This document shows positions 1 to 9,420 of a stretch of DNA of 30,790 nt, one piece after another. Within the stretch, counting starts at the first letter, position 1, and every line of letters begins with the position of its first letter. The stretch comes from a virus. Taxonomy: Duplodnaviria; Caudoviricetes. The notes beneath the pieces were generated by a model. The model worked only from the letters and a program-made list of their open reading frames with translations. It ran no database searches and had not been told where the DNA came from. A program made the translations under genes and the position numbers. Location of the stretch: IMG/VR virus record IMGVR_UViG_3300032320_003436, positions 1-30,790 of that record; one strand, given 5' to 3'.

Positions 1-519
1 CTCTTTTACTGAGAGAGCGGTTAGTATGCCTCCAGTTGGCTTAATTCGAGTAATTATAAAGTTACCAGTCCTCTCTACAGTAGTTATTCCGCCTGCAGCC
101 TCAGTTATTTCTGTTATAAGGACATCAGTTGCTCCACTGACTATACCGCATTTCGTTTCAAATATGGGCACGGTACCATCCGTCAGTCCTGTACTCTTAT
201 ATGTGGCCCCGATATTAGCCTCGCAAAAAATTTCCTGTATAGATTTAAGACCTAATGAATTGGTATCTAAATTATCAGATATTTGACACATCACGTTGTT
301 TATACGAGCTGCTACAGGGTATTTTAAATCATTAGCGGTAAGGCCTTGCGTCTCGATAGAGATGCAATCAACGACCTCCGTACTTAGCTTCATTGCCGTT
401 TCATTACCAGCCCCGTCGTATACTTGAACTAGAGTATTTTCTGGTAATTCGTCTCCATTAACGTGTAAAATACCTTTGTAGGTATTTGCAACATAGTTGT
501 CAGTAAGATTAGACGGCAT
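1..519 (-). CDS. Probable tail fibre / virion appendage protein, N-terminal part (runs off the window edge; not in the ORF track)
   Basis: Manual translation from ATG at 519 is open for 173 codons to base 1: MPSNLTDNYVANTYKGILHVNGDELPENTLVQVYDGAGNETAMKLS... TAAATA box 5 nt upstream. The N-terminal LT..YV..TY.G+L...DG.GN.T.+.LS pattern resembles fibre anchor segments, and the gene follows the baseplate genes. Confidence 0.6.
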   Translation of the reverse strand, partial: MPSNLTDNYVANTYKGILHVNGDELPENTLVQVYDGAGNETAMKLSTEVVDCISIETQGLTANDLKYPVAARINNVMCQISDNLDTNSLGLKSIQEIFCEANIGATYKSTGLTDGTVPIFETKCGIVSGATDVLITEITEAAGGITTVERTGNFIITRIKPTGGILTALSVKE

Positions 520-524
520 AATAT

Positions 525-530
525 TATTTA
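525..530 (-). promoter_or_regulatory. TAAATA late-promoter box
   Basis: 5 nt before ATG 519. Its TAA is the upstream gene's stop. Confidence 0.65.
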
Positions 531-2507
531 TTCAACTTGTAAAATATTTAAACCAGTAAGAGCGAGGGTCGGGGTAATATTTTTAACTCTTGTTGTTACT
601 ATATTTAATAGCCCCTGCTGTAAATTAAAAATCTTTTTGAGGGGTCTATTTAAAACCTCGCTAGATACATGTTCATTTTCGTGAACATAAAGGTCGTTAG
701 TATTATCAACCATAATACTTTGAATCTCTTCATCTTGAAGATAATCATATTGCTCATACACCAAATTACCGGCTCTATTATAGGATCCGGCGAATTTACC
801 TTTTAAAAGATTACGAATTGCAAAAATATTAAAAATTTGTTTATATAATTCCTTATTAATAGTCAGCGCATTTACATATTCCCCTTCTTTCATTCCCATC
901 CTAGTCGTATTATATATACTAATATCTCTAGATTTCAATGCTGTATCGTATAATGTGCTTTCTTTAAAATATAATATCTTAAAACATTCCGGGAGGTTTG
1001 ATTTTACCGGCATAAAGATATCATCATAATTATCCTCCCTCGGTATTATGTTCATATCTGATATATTAATATTCTCTCTGCCTTCACCGCTTATAGTATT
1101 CCAGCTTACAAATAAATTATTATAATTTATATCTATAAAATTCCATATATATCCCCAACTTATGCCCGCTTTGGTGATAGACCATTTGCCGATTGTTGCT
1201 TCGGGTTTAGTTATAAATTTTTTATAAACAGTATAGTTTGAAAAAACATAAAAAATATTTGAATCCTGATTGGAAAATCTAATACCTCTCAATTTTTCCC
1301 TCGGATCAATAACATACGATATTCGGGTTTTATTTTTTAAGGTAATCTTTGCGATTTCCCCGTCTATGATTTCTTCATATTTCTCATCTAAATCATACTC
1401 ATTGAGTATTTTTTTAGCGTCCTTATCAAGAACCATTATAATAAAATCAGAATTGCCTTTGTCTGCGAGTATAAATAAATTGCCAAAGAAATCATTAAAT
1501 TTTATATCAATTATAGAATAGTTGACGTTTAATAGCAATGTGTTTACCCATGTAAAGTCTCTGGTATAGGTCTTTATACATTTATTAACTCTGTCGTAGA
1601 TATATACTCTATCCGAGATGGCTTCTACGGTAGAGGGCTCGTTAAAGCCGCTCCTATTATTTTCATCTCCTAAGTATCCAATTACATCTACCAGATACAC
1701 TGTATTAAGCCTAGTGGTATCTGCTAATATGTAGCCAGAAATATCATACTTATAAACCGCATTATTGATACTATCTGCAAGATACAAATGATCTTCATAA
1801 ACCGATATATCCTCTATCATAGAGAAAGATTTATCAGAATTTAGGTCTATAGCGCTTGTAGAAAAGACTACTTGAGTACCTGACTTATCAGACTTACTTG
1901 AAATTACTGATAAGGTTGTATCAGATACAGCGAAAGTTATATAAGCTTGACCGTCTTTTGATAAAACAGTCGCGCTTTTTTTACAATTATCGAGCTCAGG
2001 ATAGCCTATACTGCCATATGATTCATTTACAGTTACGAAATTGGCTGGGTTCCATTTTGCTACACTCGCAGATAAGGGATTTGCCCCAGATACCCCAGAT
2101 ACCCCGACCCAGTATAAGTATCCATTAGGTATATCATTTGATGCAATATTTAACATAGAATAGAGATATATGGTATTCTCATAAACTCTTTTCATATGAG
2201 CATTAAAAATAGCTTTAGTAACTATTTCATTTACTGGTATTTTTATTTCTTCGAAATCATTCGGTAAAGAAATAGCATCTATAATTAATCTATCCGGAAA
2301 GATTAAATTCTCCTCAATTTTATACTGATACATATCTACAGCAATTCTATCTGTAGGTATTAGTATTTTGGGGTTAGATGTGTTAGTTCTACCGGTCTTT
2401 GGAATATTATTTTCAATATTAAAATATCCTATGTAATTATTTCCTGAGAGAGTATACTCCCCCCCGGCTGTATAACTGTAACGCTTTGTTTTAGGGTTAA
2501 ATGACAT
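528..2507 (-). CDS. Virion structural protein with NHL-like beta-propeller (659 aa)
   Basis: NHL-like blades IEDISVYEDHLYLADSINNAVYKYD and FNEPSTVEAISDRVYIYDRVNKCIKTY. Coupled to the upstream gene by a TAATG overlap at 2505-2509. Confidence 0.65.
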   Translation of the reverse strand: MSFNPKTKRYSYTAGGEYTLSGNNYIGYFNIENNIPKTGRTNTSNPKILIPTDRIAVDMYQYKIEENLIFPDRLIIDAISLPNDFEEIKIPVNEIVTKAIFNAHMKRVYENTIYLYSMLNIASNDIPNGYLYWVGVSGVSGANPLSASVAKWNPANFVTVNESYGSIGYPELDNCKKSATVLSKDGQAYITFAVSDTTLSVISSKSDKSGTQVVFSTSAIDLNSDKSFSMIEDISVYEDHLYLADSINNAVYKYDISGYILADTTRLNTVYLVDVIGYLGDENNRSGFNEPSTVEAISDRVYIYDRVNKCIKTYTRDFTWVNTLLLNVNYSIIDIKFNDFFGNLFILADKGNSDFIIMVLDKDAKKILNEYDLDEKYEEIIDGEIAKITLKNKTRISYVIDPREKLRGIRFSNQDSNIFYVFSNYTVYKKFITKPEATIGKWSITKAGISWGYIWNFIDINYNNLFVSWNTISGEGRENINISDMNIIPREDNYDDIFMPVKSNLPECFKILYFKESTLYDTALKSRDISIYNTTRMGMKEGEYVNALTINKELYKQIFNIFAIRNLLKGKFAGSYNRAGNLVYEQYDYLQDEEIQSIMVDNTNDLYVHENEHVSSEVLNRPLKKIFNLQQGLLNIVTTRVKNITPTLALTGLNILQVE

Positions 2508-5500
2508 TAATATTTTTCAAATGTTATATTGTTAATATTTACAGAAGATGGTAGAACTTTCTGTACTTCTCTTTTAATTATCTCGCCTAAAACACTATTT
2601 ATTTGGTTATTAGATAGCAGGCTATTTTTAACTCTAATATTAATTTTATTAGATTTACTACCTGGCAGCTGCCATTTAAATAATCTATCAATTTCTTCTA
2701 TTTGGTTTCTCTCACCACAGGGAAGGCTTACTGATAACTCTCCAATTCTTCTGTTTTGTAAACCTAAAAACTTAATATCTATGTCATCCACCGCCGAGCT
2801 ATAAAGTCTAGGATATTCTATAATAATATTTCTACAAAAATATCTATCTGATTGCTTTAAATAGTCATTTATTATAGAGCCATTAAAATATGTACCAGCC
2901 CCCACGGTAAATGCATTATATAAGGTATTACTTAAAGCATACTCAGCGGGATCAAAAGTAATATTTTCCGCCATTTTACCGTCCACAAAAAGAGTAATAT
3001 TCCCCGCAACTCCATCGAACCTATAAGCAAAATGGTGTTTGCCAACCGATAGTTTGGAAATATCTATAGGTATATTTTTTCTTAAATTCTCTCTATTATT
3101 GTATTTGTTTGGAATTTCTATTTTAAAATTTAAACTGCTATTCATTTTTTGGCCGCGCTTGAGAAATAAGCTATAATTAGTTAAATTATAGTAATTGCTT
3201 ATATAGCTCTCGCTGCAATGGCTAATAAATTCTCCCCTTGCATCATCTATGGAGAAAGTAGTTATATTTCCAAGGGTGTTATCAATCTTTGCTAAAAACA
3301 AATTCCTTTTATTATCAGATAATAAAACAATAGGGTATTGATCGATGCCTCTTTCTGTATATTCCCTTACTATATCAATACATATAGGGGTATATTCGGA
3401 AGCGAATGATGTCTTATATAAAAGATTTCTCTGATTATCAAATTTTGTTAAAAACTTGCCATGGATAACGTATATATTTTCGTCTAAGTCTACTGTAAAA
3501 TCGTATATTTGCGAAGCGGTAGAAATCAAAATTGACCGAACGGTATGATCATCTGATTCCTTCACAAGTAAATTATTTCTATGCAGGAATATATGCTGAT
3601 TATTATTATATTTTATGCATTTTTCCCCTCTAAAACCTACGAGCTCGTTATGCTGATTTAGCCCTATACTTTTAATATCGAAATCTACCCCATACTCCGT
3701 AGGAATACTGACAGTCGAAGTTGTAATGGTCTCTGAAAGAATATTATAGCTAGCTATATTGCCCGTACCGTCGAGCAGGAAGTGTATATCAGTTTCTGTA
3801 TTTAATATATTAATATAATCATCAATCTCGGCCAAAATATCTGCATCAAAAATGGTACCGTTAGATCGCAATTTATGAATTATAGTTTTGCTTTGCTCAT
3901 CTGATAAGAATGGGGTAGCGTCGGGCCTACCTCTAGTTATTACAAATATATCATCAATAGGATTAATTCTCACTATATGTATAATAGTACTATTAAAATA
4001 TATCTTATTTATCAATACAAAATCCGTGTTATAAACATATAAGGTATTCTCGTAGGGTATAAATATAAATGGAGTTATAGCTTCATCATTAAAAATTCCA
4101 AATCCTTTATTATTAAAGTTGCCCGCTAACTGATAGCCAAAAGGTTGCTCCCAATCTGTTTGGAGACAAAAAGAAAAGGTAAAGTTGCCTACAGGCTCGT
4201 CAATAAAGTTATAATGATAATTATTACTAAATGAATATATTTCAGTTCTTTCAGTAGGAATATCTATTCCCCCGCGCGACGTTCTTGTAGAAAGAGTATC
4301 AAAAATAATACTATTATCGAGATGGGTTATAAATGAATCAATATATGTATTACCTAATCGTTGGTATATATATTCTCTACTCGGCTCTATTATAAGATTA
4401 CTTTTTATATCGAAAAATGCGTCTGATATATCTCTCGCTTCTAGCGCTTCTTCAACATCCGAAGTATAGTCATATAATTTAAAAGATGTGGCAGTTAAGG
4501 CATCTACAGGCGATATTTTCGATGTATTAAAATACCTATCAACCCATAGCCCCGGAATAGATTCGTTACCGCCCGACAGCCAAGTACACAAATACATTCC
4601 ATTATTTGGCAGATTAGTTTTTATGGATTGAGTATAAATTTTATCTGCACTATGCGGAGAATCGCCCCCTAATGCGCCATTTATAGCAAAAAGAGTATCA
4701 TTTATATTAATTTGCTTATACGGATATATTGATTCAGGAGTCTCGAACACACTGTATTCATCCGGTTTGAAAAGAAATTCTGTATTATAGAAGGTATATG
4801 TCAGAGATATATCCTCCGCATTGTTTTCGCAATTGCTTCCGATGTGTATTTTTTCGTAATCTCTTAAATTTGATTGAGGGTATAGTTTATTTGGTATATT
4901 CAGTAAATAGTCCCCTCTTTGAGAAACTCCGTCCTTTGTCAATTGGTTTTTTAGTGGCAGAATGTTCAACTCAATATCATTACCAGTTAAAAAGCTATAT
5001 TGAGAAGATGCTAAATAATTATTTTTATTTTTAAAAGAGCTCTTATTTGAATTAATTTCTAAACCATTTACATCCTTATAACTAATCCAGGACGTATTTA
5101 TCTTTGGTGAAATATTCGAAATTCTATCATTATATTGAATAAAAAACGTATTACTAGCATTAAACGGTAAAAATGTAGCAGAAGCCGCCTCGACAAGCGC
5201 GAGCTTCCGACCACTAACCGATATGTGGTAGTTATATCCACTAATAGGTTTATAGAGAGATAATTTGTCGTTATCTTTGTCCAAAATATAAGAAAATACA
5301 AATTCATCCACAGCACTTATCCCGGATATTTTACTATCTCTGTTTTGGAAGAAAATATTGAGATTATCATTTACCTTGAGATAAAATATATCATAATTTA
5401 TTTTATGATATACTCTACAGTATCTAGTATCTAAAAATTCAATTTCAAAAAATGTATTGTTAATTTTGTCAATTTCTGATTCTAGCAAAAATTCGCACGT

Positions 5501-5836
5501 TGTTTTGCTGTCTGGTAAAATAGTTTTTGGAGTATTAATATATAGATAATATTCCTGACCTTTGCGGCCGTTAATAAAATTAGTTATTAAAATATCTTCT
5601 GTATTTGTTATAACTTGCTTATATTGCAAAATATCTTCGCCGTATTTTTGACTTGACAGGTAGAGAGTGCTATATCCCCCAGTCTCAACATCATTTGCCT
5701 GGCTAAGAATATCTGTATTGTATATAGAGTAGTCCTGCTCAATCCGTACTTTAGTACTCTTGATATCTATATTTGTATCATCAATGTACTTAGCGCTGAG
5801 GGATCTAACACTATTAGTAAAATTTACTATCTCCAT
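2507..5836 (-). CDS. Large baseplate/adhesin protein with ConA-like (LamG) domain and beta-propeller (1109 aa)
   Basis: LamG-like motifs NFTFSFCLQ and GKHHFAYRFDG..GNITLFVDGK. Propeller-like blades such as IYDFTVDLDENIYVIHGKFLTKFD. TATAAATA upstream. Confidence 0.6.
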   Translation of the reverse strand: MEIVNFTNSVRSLSAKYIDDTNIDIKSTKVRIEQDYSIYNTDILSQANDVETGGYSTLYLSSQKYGEDILQYKQVITNTEDILITNFINGRKGQEYYLYINTPKTILPDSKTTCEFLLESEIDKINNTFFEIEFLDTRYCRVYHKINYDIFYLKVNDNLNIFFQNRDSKISGISAVDEFVFSYILDKDNDKLSLYKPISGYNYHISVSGRKLALVEAASATFLPFNASNTFFIQYNDRISNISPKINTSWISYKDVNGLEINSNKSSFKNKNNYLASSQYSFLTGNDIELNILPLKNQLTKDGVSQRGDYLLNIPNKLYPQSNLRDYEKIHIGSNCENNAEDISLTYTFYNTEFLFKPDEYSVFETPESIYPYKQININDTLFAINGALGGDSPHSADKIYTQSIKTNLPNNGMYLCTWLSGGNESIPGLWVDRYFNTSKISPVDALTATSFKLYDYTSDVEEALEARDISDAFFDIKSNLIIEPSREYIYQRLGNTYIDSFITHLDNSIIFDTLSTRTSRGGIDIPTERTEIYSFSNNYHYNFIDEPVGNFTFSFCLQTDWEQPFGYQLAGNFNNKGFGIFNDEAITPFIFIPYENTLYVYNTDFVLINKIYFNSTIIHIVRINPIDDIFVITRGRPDATPFLSDEQSKTIIHKLRSNGTIFDADILAEIDDYINILNTETDIHFLLDGTGNIASYNILSETITTSTVSIPTEYGVDFDIKSIGLNQHNELVGFRGEKCIKYNNNQHIFLHRNNLLVKESDDHTVRSILISTASQIYDFTVDLDENIYVIHGKFLTKFDNQRNLLYKTSFASEYTPICIDIVREYTERGIDQYPIVLLSDNKRNLFLAKIDNTLGNITTFSIDDARGEFISHCSESYISNYYNLTNYSLFLKRGQKMNSSLNFKIEIPNKYNNRENLRKNIPIDISKLSVGKHHFAYRFDGVAGNITLFVDGKMAENITFDPAEYALSNTLYNAFTVGAGTYFNGSIINDYLKQSDRYFCRNIIIEYPRLYSSAVDDIDIKFLGLQNRRIGELSVSLPCGERNQIEEIDRLFKWQLPGSKSNKINIRVKNSLLSNNQINSVLGEIIKREVQKVLPSSVNINNITFEKY

Positions 5837-5842
5837 CTTATA

Positions 5843-5865
5843 TATTTATAGATGTAATATTTATA
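5843..5865 (-). promoter_or_regulatory. Two tandem TATAAATA boxes (5843-5850 and 5858-5865)
   Basis: Full T4 late consensus twice. The proximal box is 6 nt before ATG 5836. Confidence 0.75.
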
Positions 5866-6382
5866 ATAGAACAATATTATGTACATTCCCGGCTTTATTA
5901 TGTATAGTGCAGAAAACATCACTGCTGCAAACACTTACTAGCTGAGTAGAAGCAATATTAATATTACCTACCTCATCATAGTATGAAGGTTGAGCTATTT
6001 TTATCGGAAAAAACAAGTTTGTAATTCTACCATTCGAAAGCTCAAAATGAAAAGAGGCCGTTAGGCTGTTAAAATAATTAGAATTATCGGGAGGATCGTA
6101 GGTATGAGTTTTAATTAAAATAGGGCTATATGACCCATATAGAGCAAAATAATAAGTTATGGGCTGAACTTCATGATCAAATCCAGGGCTATAAATAATA
6201 TTTTCAATATCAGACCCATCGCCATAATCAATTTTTGCTCTTAAAATAGAATTTCTCGAAGTATCGAGCCCTGTAAAGTTAAACTCCATTCCGGTACGAC
6301 CCTTTGATACAGTCTCCTTAAAGTAATTATCTCCAGAAAGATATTGGGTGTTTCCAGTTATATATAGAGTGAGGGTATTCAT
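5861..6382 (-). CDS. PKD/Ig-like domain virion protein (173 aa)
   Basis: IDYGDGS ... THTY motif typical of PKD domains. Start abuts the upstream stop (TAA ATG). Confidence 0.55.
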   Translation of the reverse strand: MNTLTLYITGNTQYLSGDNYFKETVSKGRTGMEFNFTGLDTSRNSILRAKIDYGDGSDIENIIYSPGFDHEVQPITYYFALYGSYSPILIKTHTYDPPDNSNYFNSLTASFHFELSNGRITNLFFPIKIAQPSYYDEVGNINIASTQLVSVCSSDVFCTIHNKAGNVHNIVLL

Positions 6383-9367
6383 TTAGTTAAAGAATAAAAC
6401 TCCTTGGCTTTGGTTAATAGATACTCTACCGCTTAAAGTCGAAGAAGACACGAAGTTTGTTAGAGTTGTTTCGTAGAAGTTATGGCTATGACCATTTGTG
6501 TTTAATCTATATGTTTTTGCGGAGATATTTTTTATTTTATTTTCTATCTTTTTAAACTTATAGTTAAAAACATACCCCAATTCATTACCGTCCTCGCCTA
6601 CCATTGTTATTGATATAATATTATTTCGAGAGTTGTAAATAATATTTGGTTGTTTAATTGTATCAATATTAACGTTGCCAAGACCGCTGAGAGAGTATAA
6701 GCTGTTTAAATCATTATTACTGGATTCTGGATATATTTTTTTAGCAATACGGTCTAATAAACTGTACTCATATATCTCTGGGTAGATAGCCTTACTGTTT
6801 AAAGCAGATGTACTCGCGAGTAGAGTCATTTTGCAGAAATACGCTATATCTCGTTCTTTAAGAAAGAAAGGTTTACTAAATTTAGAAGAATTTATACTTG
6901 TAAAATAATATATATTTGGTTTATTAGAGTTAAAGAATTGCTGATCTTCATAAACTATTCTTTCTACTATATAATAGTTATCTGTTTGTAGAAAAATAGC
7001 GTCTCCGTAAATATCAACCCATTCTACTTTGTTATTGTAAATTTCATCTCTCACCGCAGACGGTAGATTGAAAAAAGTATTCGACATTAGAGCGCTGAGC
7101 GGGTATATATTACCGGTCCCGGCTTCCTTTACAAAGACTATACCGCTCAAATCATTTGTTTCCTGTATAGTAGACTCTAAAAATTCGCCTGTCGCGGTAT
7201 CGAACAAAGTTCCAGAGTAGTTATTATCGAATGTATAATAATTAAGCTTATTAATATAAGGGTAATCATTTGTTACATGTATATCTGTTAAAAAACTTCC
7301 CCCATCATTAACTTCTGTATTAATTGCAGATATAGGGAAATTGCTCAAAAAGGTTTCCTCTCCGCTAATAACTGCGGTCAATGATAGATCATTGTCTAAA
7401 CCTGCTTCTAATAAAGTATTGTAATAATTTACTATGTTTTCATTAAAATTTAAGCTTCCAGCAGGAATTGGGTCTTCAAGCGTACCTCCGTTATAATATG
7501 TAAAGCTCGCGCCGTCACATACTTCTCCGTCTATAATAGTTTTTGTATATGAATCGGGGTATATCGCCTCTATGTAGGGATCGAATTCTCTAAAATATAA
7601 AGATCTCACTGGCGCGGCTGTTAGACTGAACATTGATCCGCTTGCGAAGGTATATCCCGTATTAAACGTTCCCGACCCGACCTCATCTATTGTTCTCGAT
7701 ATGATGCCTGTTCGTATGCTGTTGTTGAATGTTTTTCCACTACTTATAGAGTAATTAAAGCTATACCCCTCAATACCGTCTCTAAAGAGATATCCGTCTA
7801 AAACTATGCAATTTGGAGAATTTATTGCAGCTTCTGGCTCTGGATCTGTGAAGGAGATATTTTTCCTATTTGTATGTATATTCTTAACAAGACCATACTC
7901 ATTACCGTATATATCTTGATACCAATCTGTAATAATTCCTTTATTATAAAGGAAATTAAAAGAGTTTAGACCAGCGGTATTTTTTGTGGATTTATTGTAT
8001 TTTTCTTGCTTGCTTGAATAGGCATATAGTAGTTGATCATATGATGTATTATAAACGTCATTTACTGCAAAGGTAAAGCTACTATCCTTAACTTGGTGCG
8101 AATTATCTATAACGTGATACAGTGGATATTCATACGCGGTATCGGTTATATTATTTATATTGCCATAAATTTCAGGATTCGGGAAGATATATACCTTGCC
8201 GGGGGTAAGATAATCCTCGCGGACTCTATATTCATTTTTGCCAGTTTTAAAGTGCAGTATACCTAGCTTATCAGGAGTAAAGAAAGAGCCTATCTCTCTA
8301 ATAGTTTTATTTTGATTACTAGGTATTGTTGCAGTACTTGCAAACCGAGAATTTAATAAGTTCTTGCTAGGTTCTCTTGCTCTAAACAACACACCAGAGA
8401 CAAAACTGTTTGACCCCCCGGCAGATAAATAATATATATCTGTACCAATATATTTTTCGAGCAATCTTGTCTTTAAAAATAATTTAAGATCTGTTCTTGA
8501 AAAATCTTCTCCAGCAATAGATGCTACATTCGCTAGAGTAATTAAATTAGAAGAGGAGGGAGTTAAATTTACGGAAAATAAATTGGAAAACCCATTAATA
8601 ACAACAGAACTGCTAAATATTTCTTTTTTAAGAGATTCTTCAAAATTTAAAAATAAATCCCCTACTTTAGAAGTCTCTATTATATTATTTGATGTAAAAT
8701 AGGTATTTCTGAGCTCGCCGCCGTCATCATAATTTTCCACTGCGAGATCCCCATCAATATTAAAATAATCTGAGTATGTATCAAACAACTCTTCTATTTC
8801 AATATCCAAGCTGCTTATTATACTAGATAGGGCCGCACTAGATGTTGTATAGTTTTCGTCTTGATCATCAGTAAAGATATACTCCACAATAGTATTGAAT
8901 ATATTCTTCTCTATACCAATTCTAGTTCCCTTAACTTTATTTTCTTCAATTTTATATTTTACCTGCTCTCGCTTTTTAGTATAAAACTGGCATATCTCGG
9001 CAATCTTTGCACTATAAAAAGGAATTGCTATAGAAAGATCTTGGGGATCATTAAAATCAATATTGCTCAGGAATCTTTTTTCTTCAGCAGTCGTAAAATT
9101 TATAGATATGTCTCTTAGTAAATCTACATATCTGTCTCTTACCTTACCTGCCGCTGACGTATTACTCTCTCCCTTGATAGTATACCAATCATGCAAATAA
9201 ACATTATATCTATCATTAAACTCTACAGGAGATGCTACTTGCTTTGTATGCTTTAATAAGTCAAAGAAAGACAGGGGAGCAGAGTTATCTATCCAAAATT
9301 TTGGATTAGAGTTAGGATTAGTTATAGAGTTCTCTATAATAATAGATCCTTGATTGATACCAGCCAT
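6383..9367 (-). CDS. Large baseplate wedge-associated protein, gp7/P2 gpI-like N-terminal region (994 aa)
   Basis: KIAEICQFY...KVKGTRIGIEKNI resembles the FY..KGT signature of gp7/gpI wedge proteins. Lies downstream of gp25-gp6. Confidence 0.5.
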   Translation of the reverse strand: MAGINQGSIIIENSITNPNSNPKFWIDNSAPLSFFDLLKHTKQVASPVEFNDRYNVYLHDWYTIKGESNTSAAGKVRDRYVDLLRDISINFTTAEEKRFLSNIDFNDPQDLSIAIPFYSAKIAEICQFYTKKREQVKYKIEENKVKGTRIGIEKNIFNTIVEYIFTDDQDENYTTSSAALSSIISSLDIEIEELFDTYSDYFNIDGDLAVENYDDGGELRNTYFTSNNIIETSKVGDLFLNFEESLKKEIFSSSVVINGFSNLFSVNLTPSSSNLITLANVASIAGEDFSRTDLKLFLKTRLLEKYIGTDIYYLSAGGSNSFVSGVLFRAREPSKNLLNSRFASTATIPSNQNKTIREIGSFFTPDKLGILHFKTGKNEYRVREDYLTPGKVYIFPNPEIYGNINNITDTAYEYPLYHVIDNSHQVKDSSFTFAVNDVYNTSYDQLLYAYSSKQEKYNKSTKNTAGLNSFNFLYNKGIITDWYQDIYGNEYGLVKNIHTNRKNISFTDPEPEAAINSPNCIVLDGYLFRDGIEGYSFNYSISSGKTFNNSIRTGIISRTIDEVGSGTFNTGYTFASGSMFSLTAAPVRSLYFREFDPYIEAIYPDSYTKTIIDGEVCDGASFTYYNGGTLEDPIPAGSLNFNENIVNYYNTLLEAGLDNDLSLTAVISGEETFLSNFPISAINTEVNDGGSFLTDIHVTNDYPYINKLNYYTFDNNYSGTLFDTATGEFLESTIQETNDLSGIVFVKEAGTGNIYPLSALMSNTFFNLPSAVRDEIYNNKVEWVDIYGDAIFLQTDNYYIVERIVYEDQQFFNSNKPNIYYFTSINSSKFSKPFFLKERDIAYFCKMTLLASTSALNSKAIYPEIYEYSLLDRIAKKIYPESSNNDLNSLYSLSGLGNVNIDTIKQPNIIYNSRNNIISITMVGEDGNELGYVFNYKFKKIENKIKNISAKTYRLNTNGHSHNFYETTLTNFVSSSTLSGRVSINQSQGVLFFN

Positions 9368-9372
9368 ACATG

Positions 9373-9420
9373 TATTTATGTAGGGACATATATGCTAAAG
9401 TATATTTAAGATACTATTTA
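9373..9420 (-). promoter_or_regulatory. Three TAAATA boxes (9373-78, 9403-08, 9415-20)
   Basis: The proximal box is 5 nt before ATG 9367. Confidence 0.7.
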
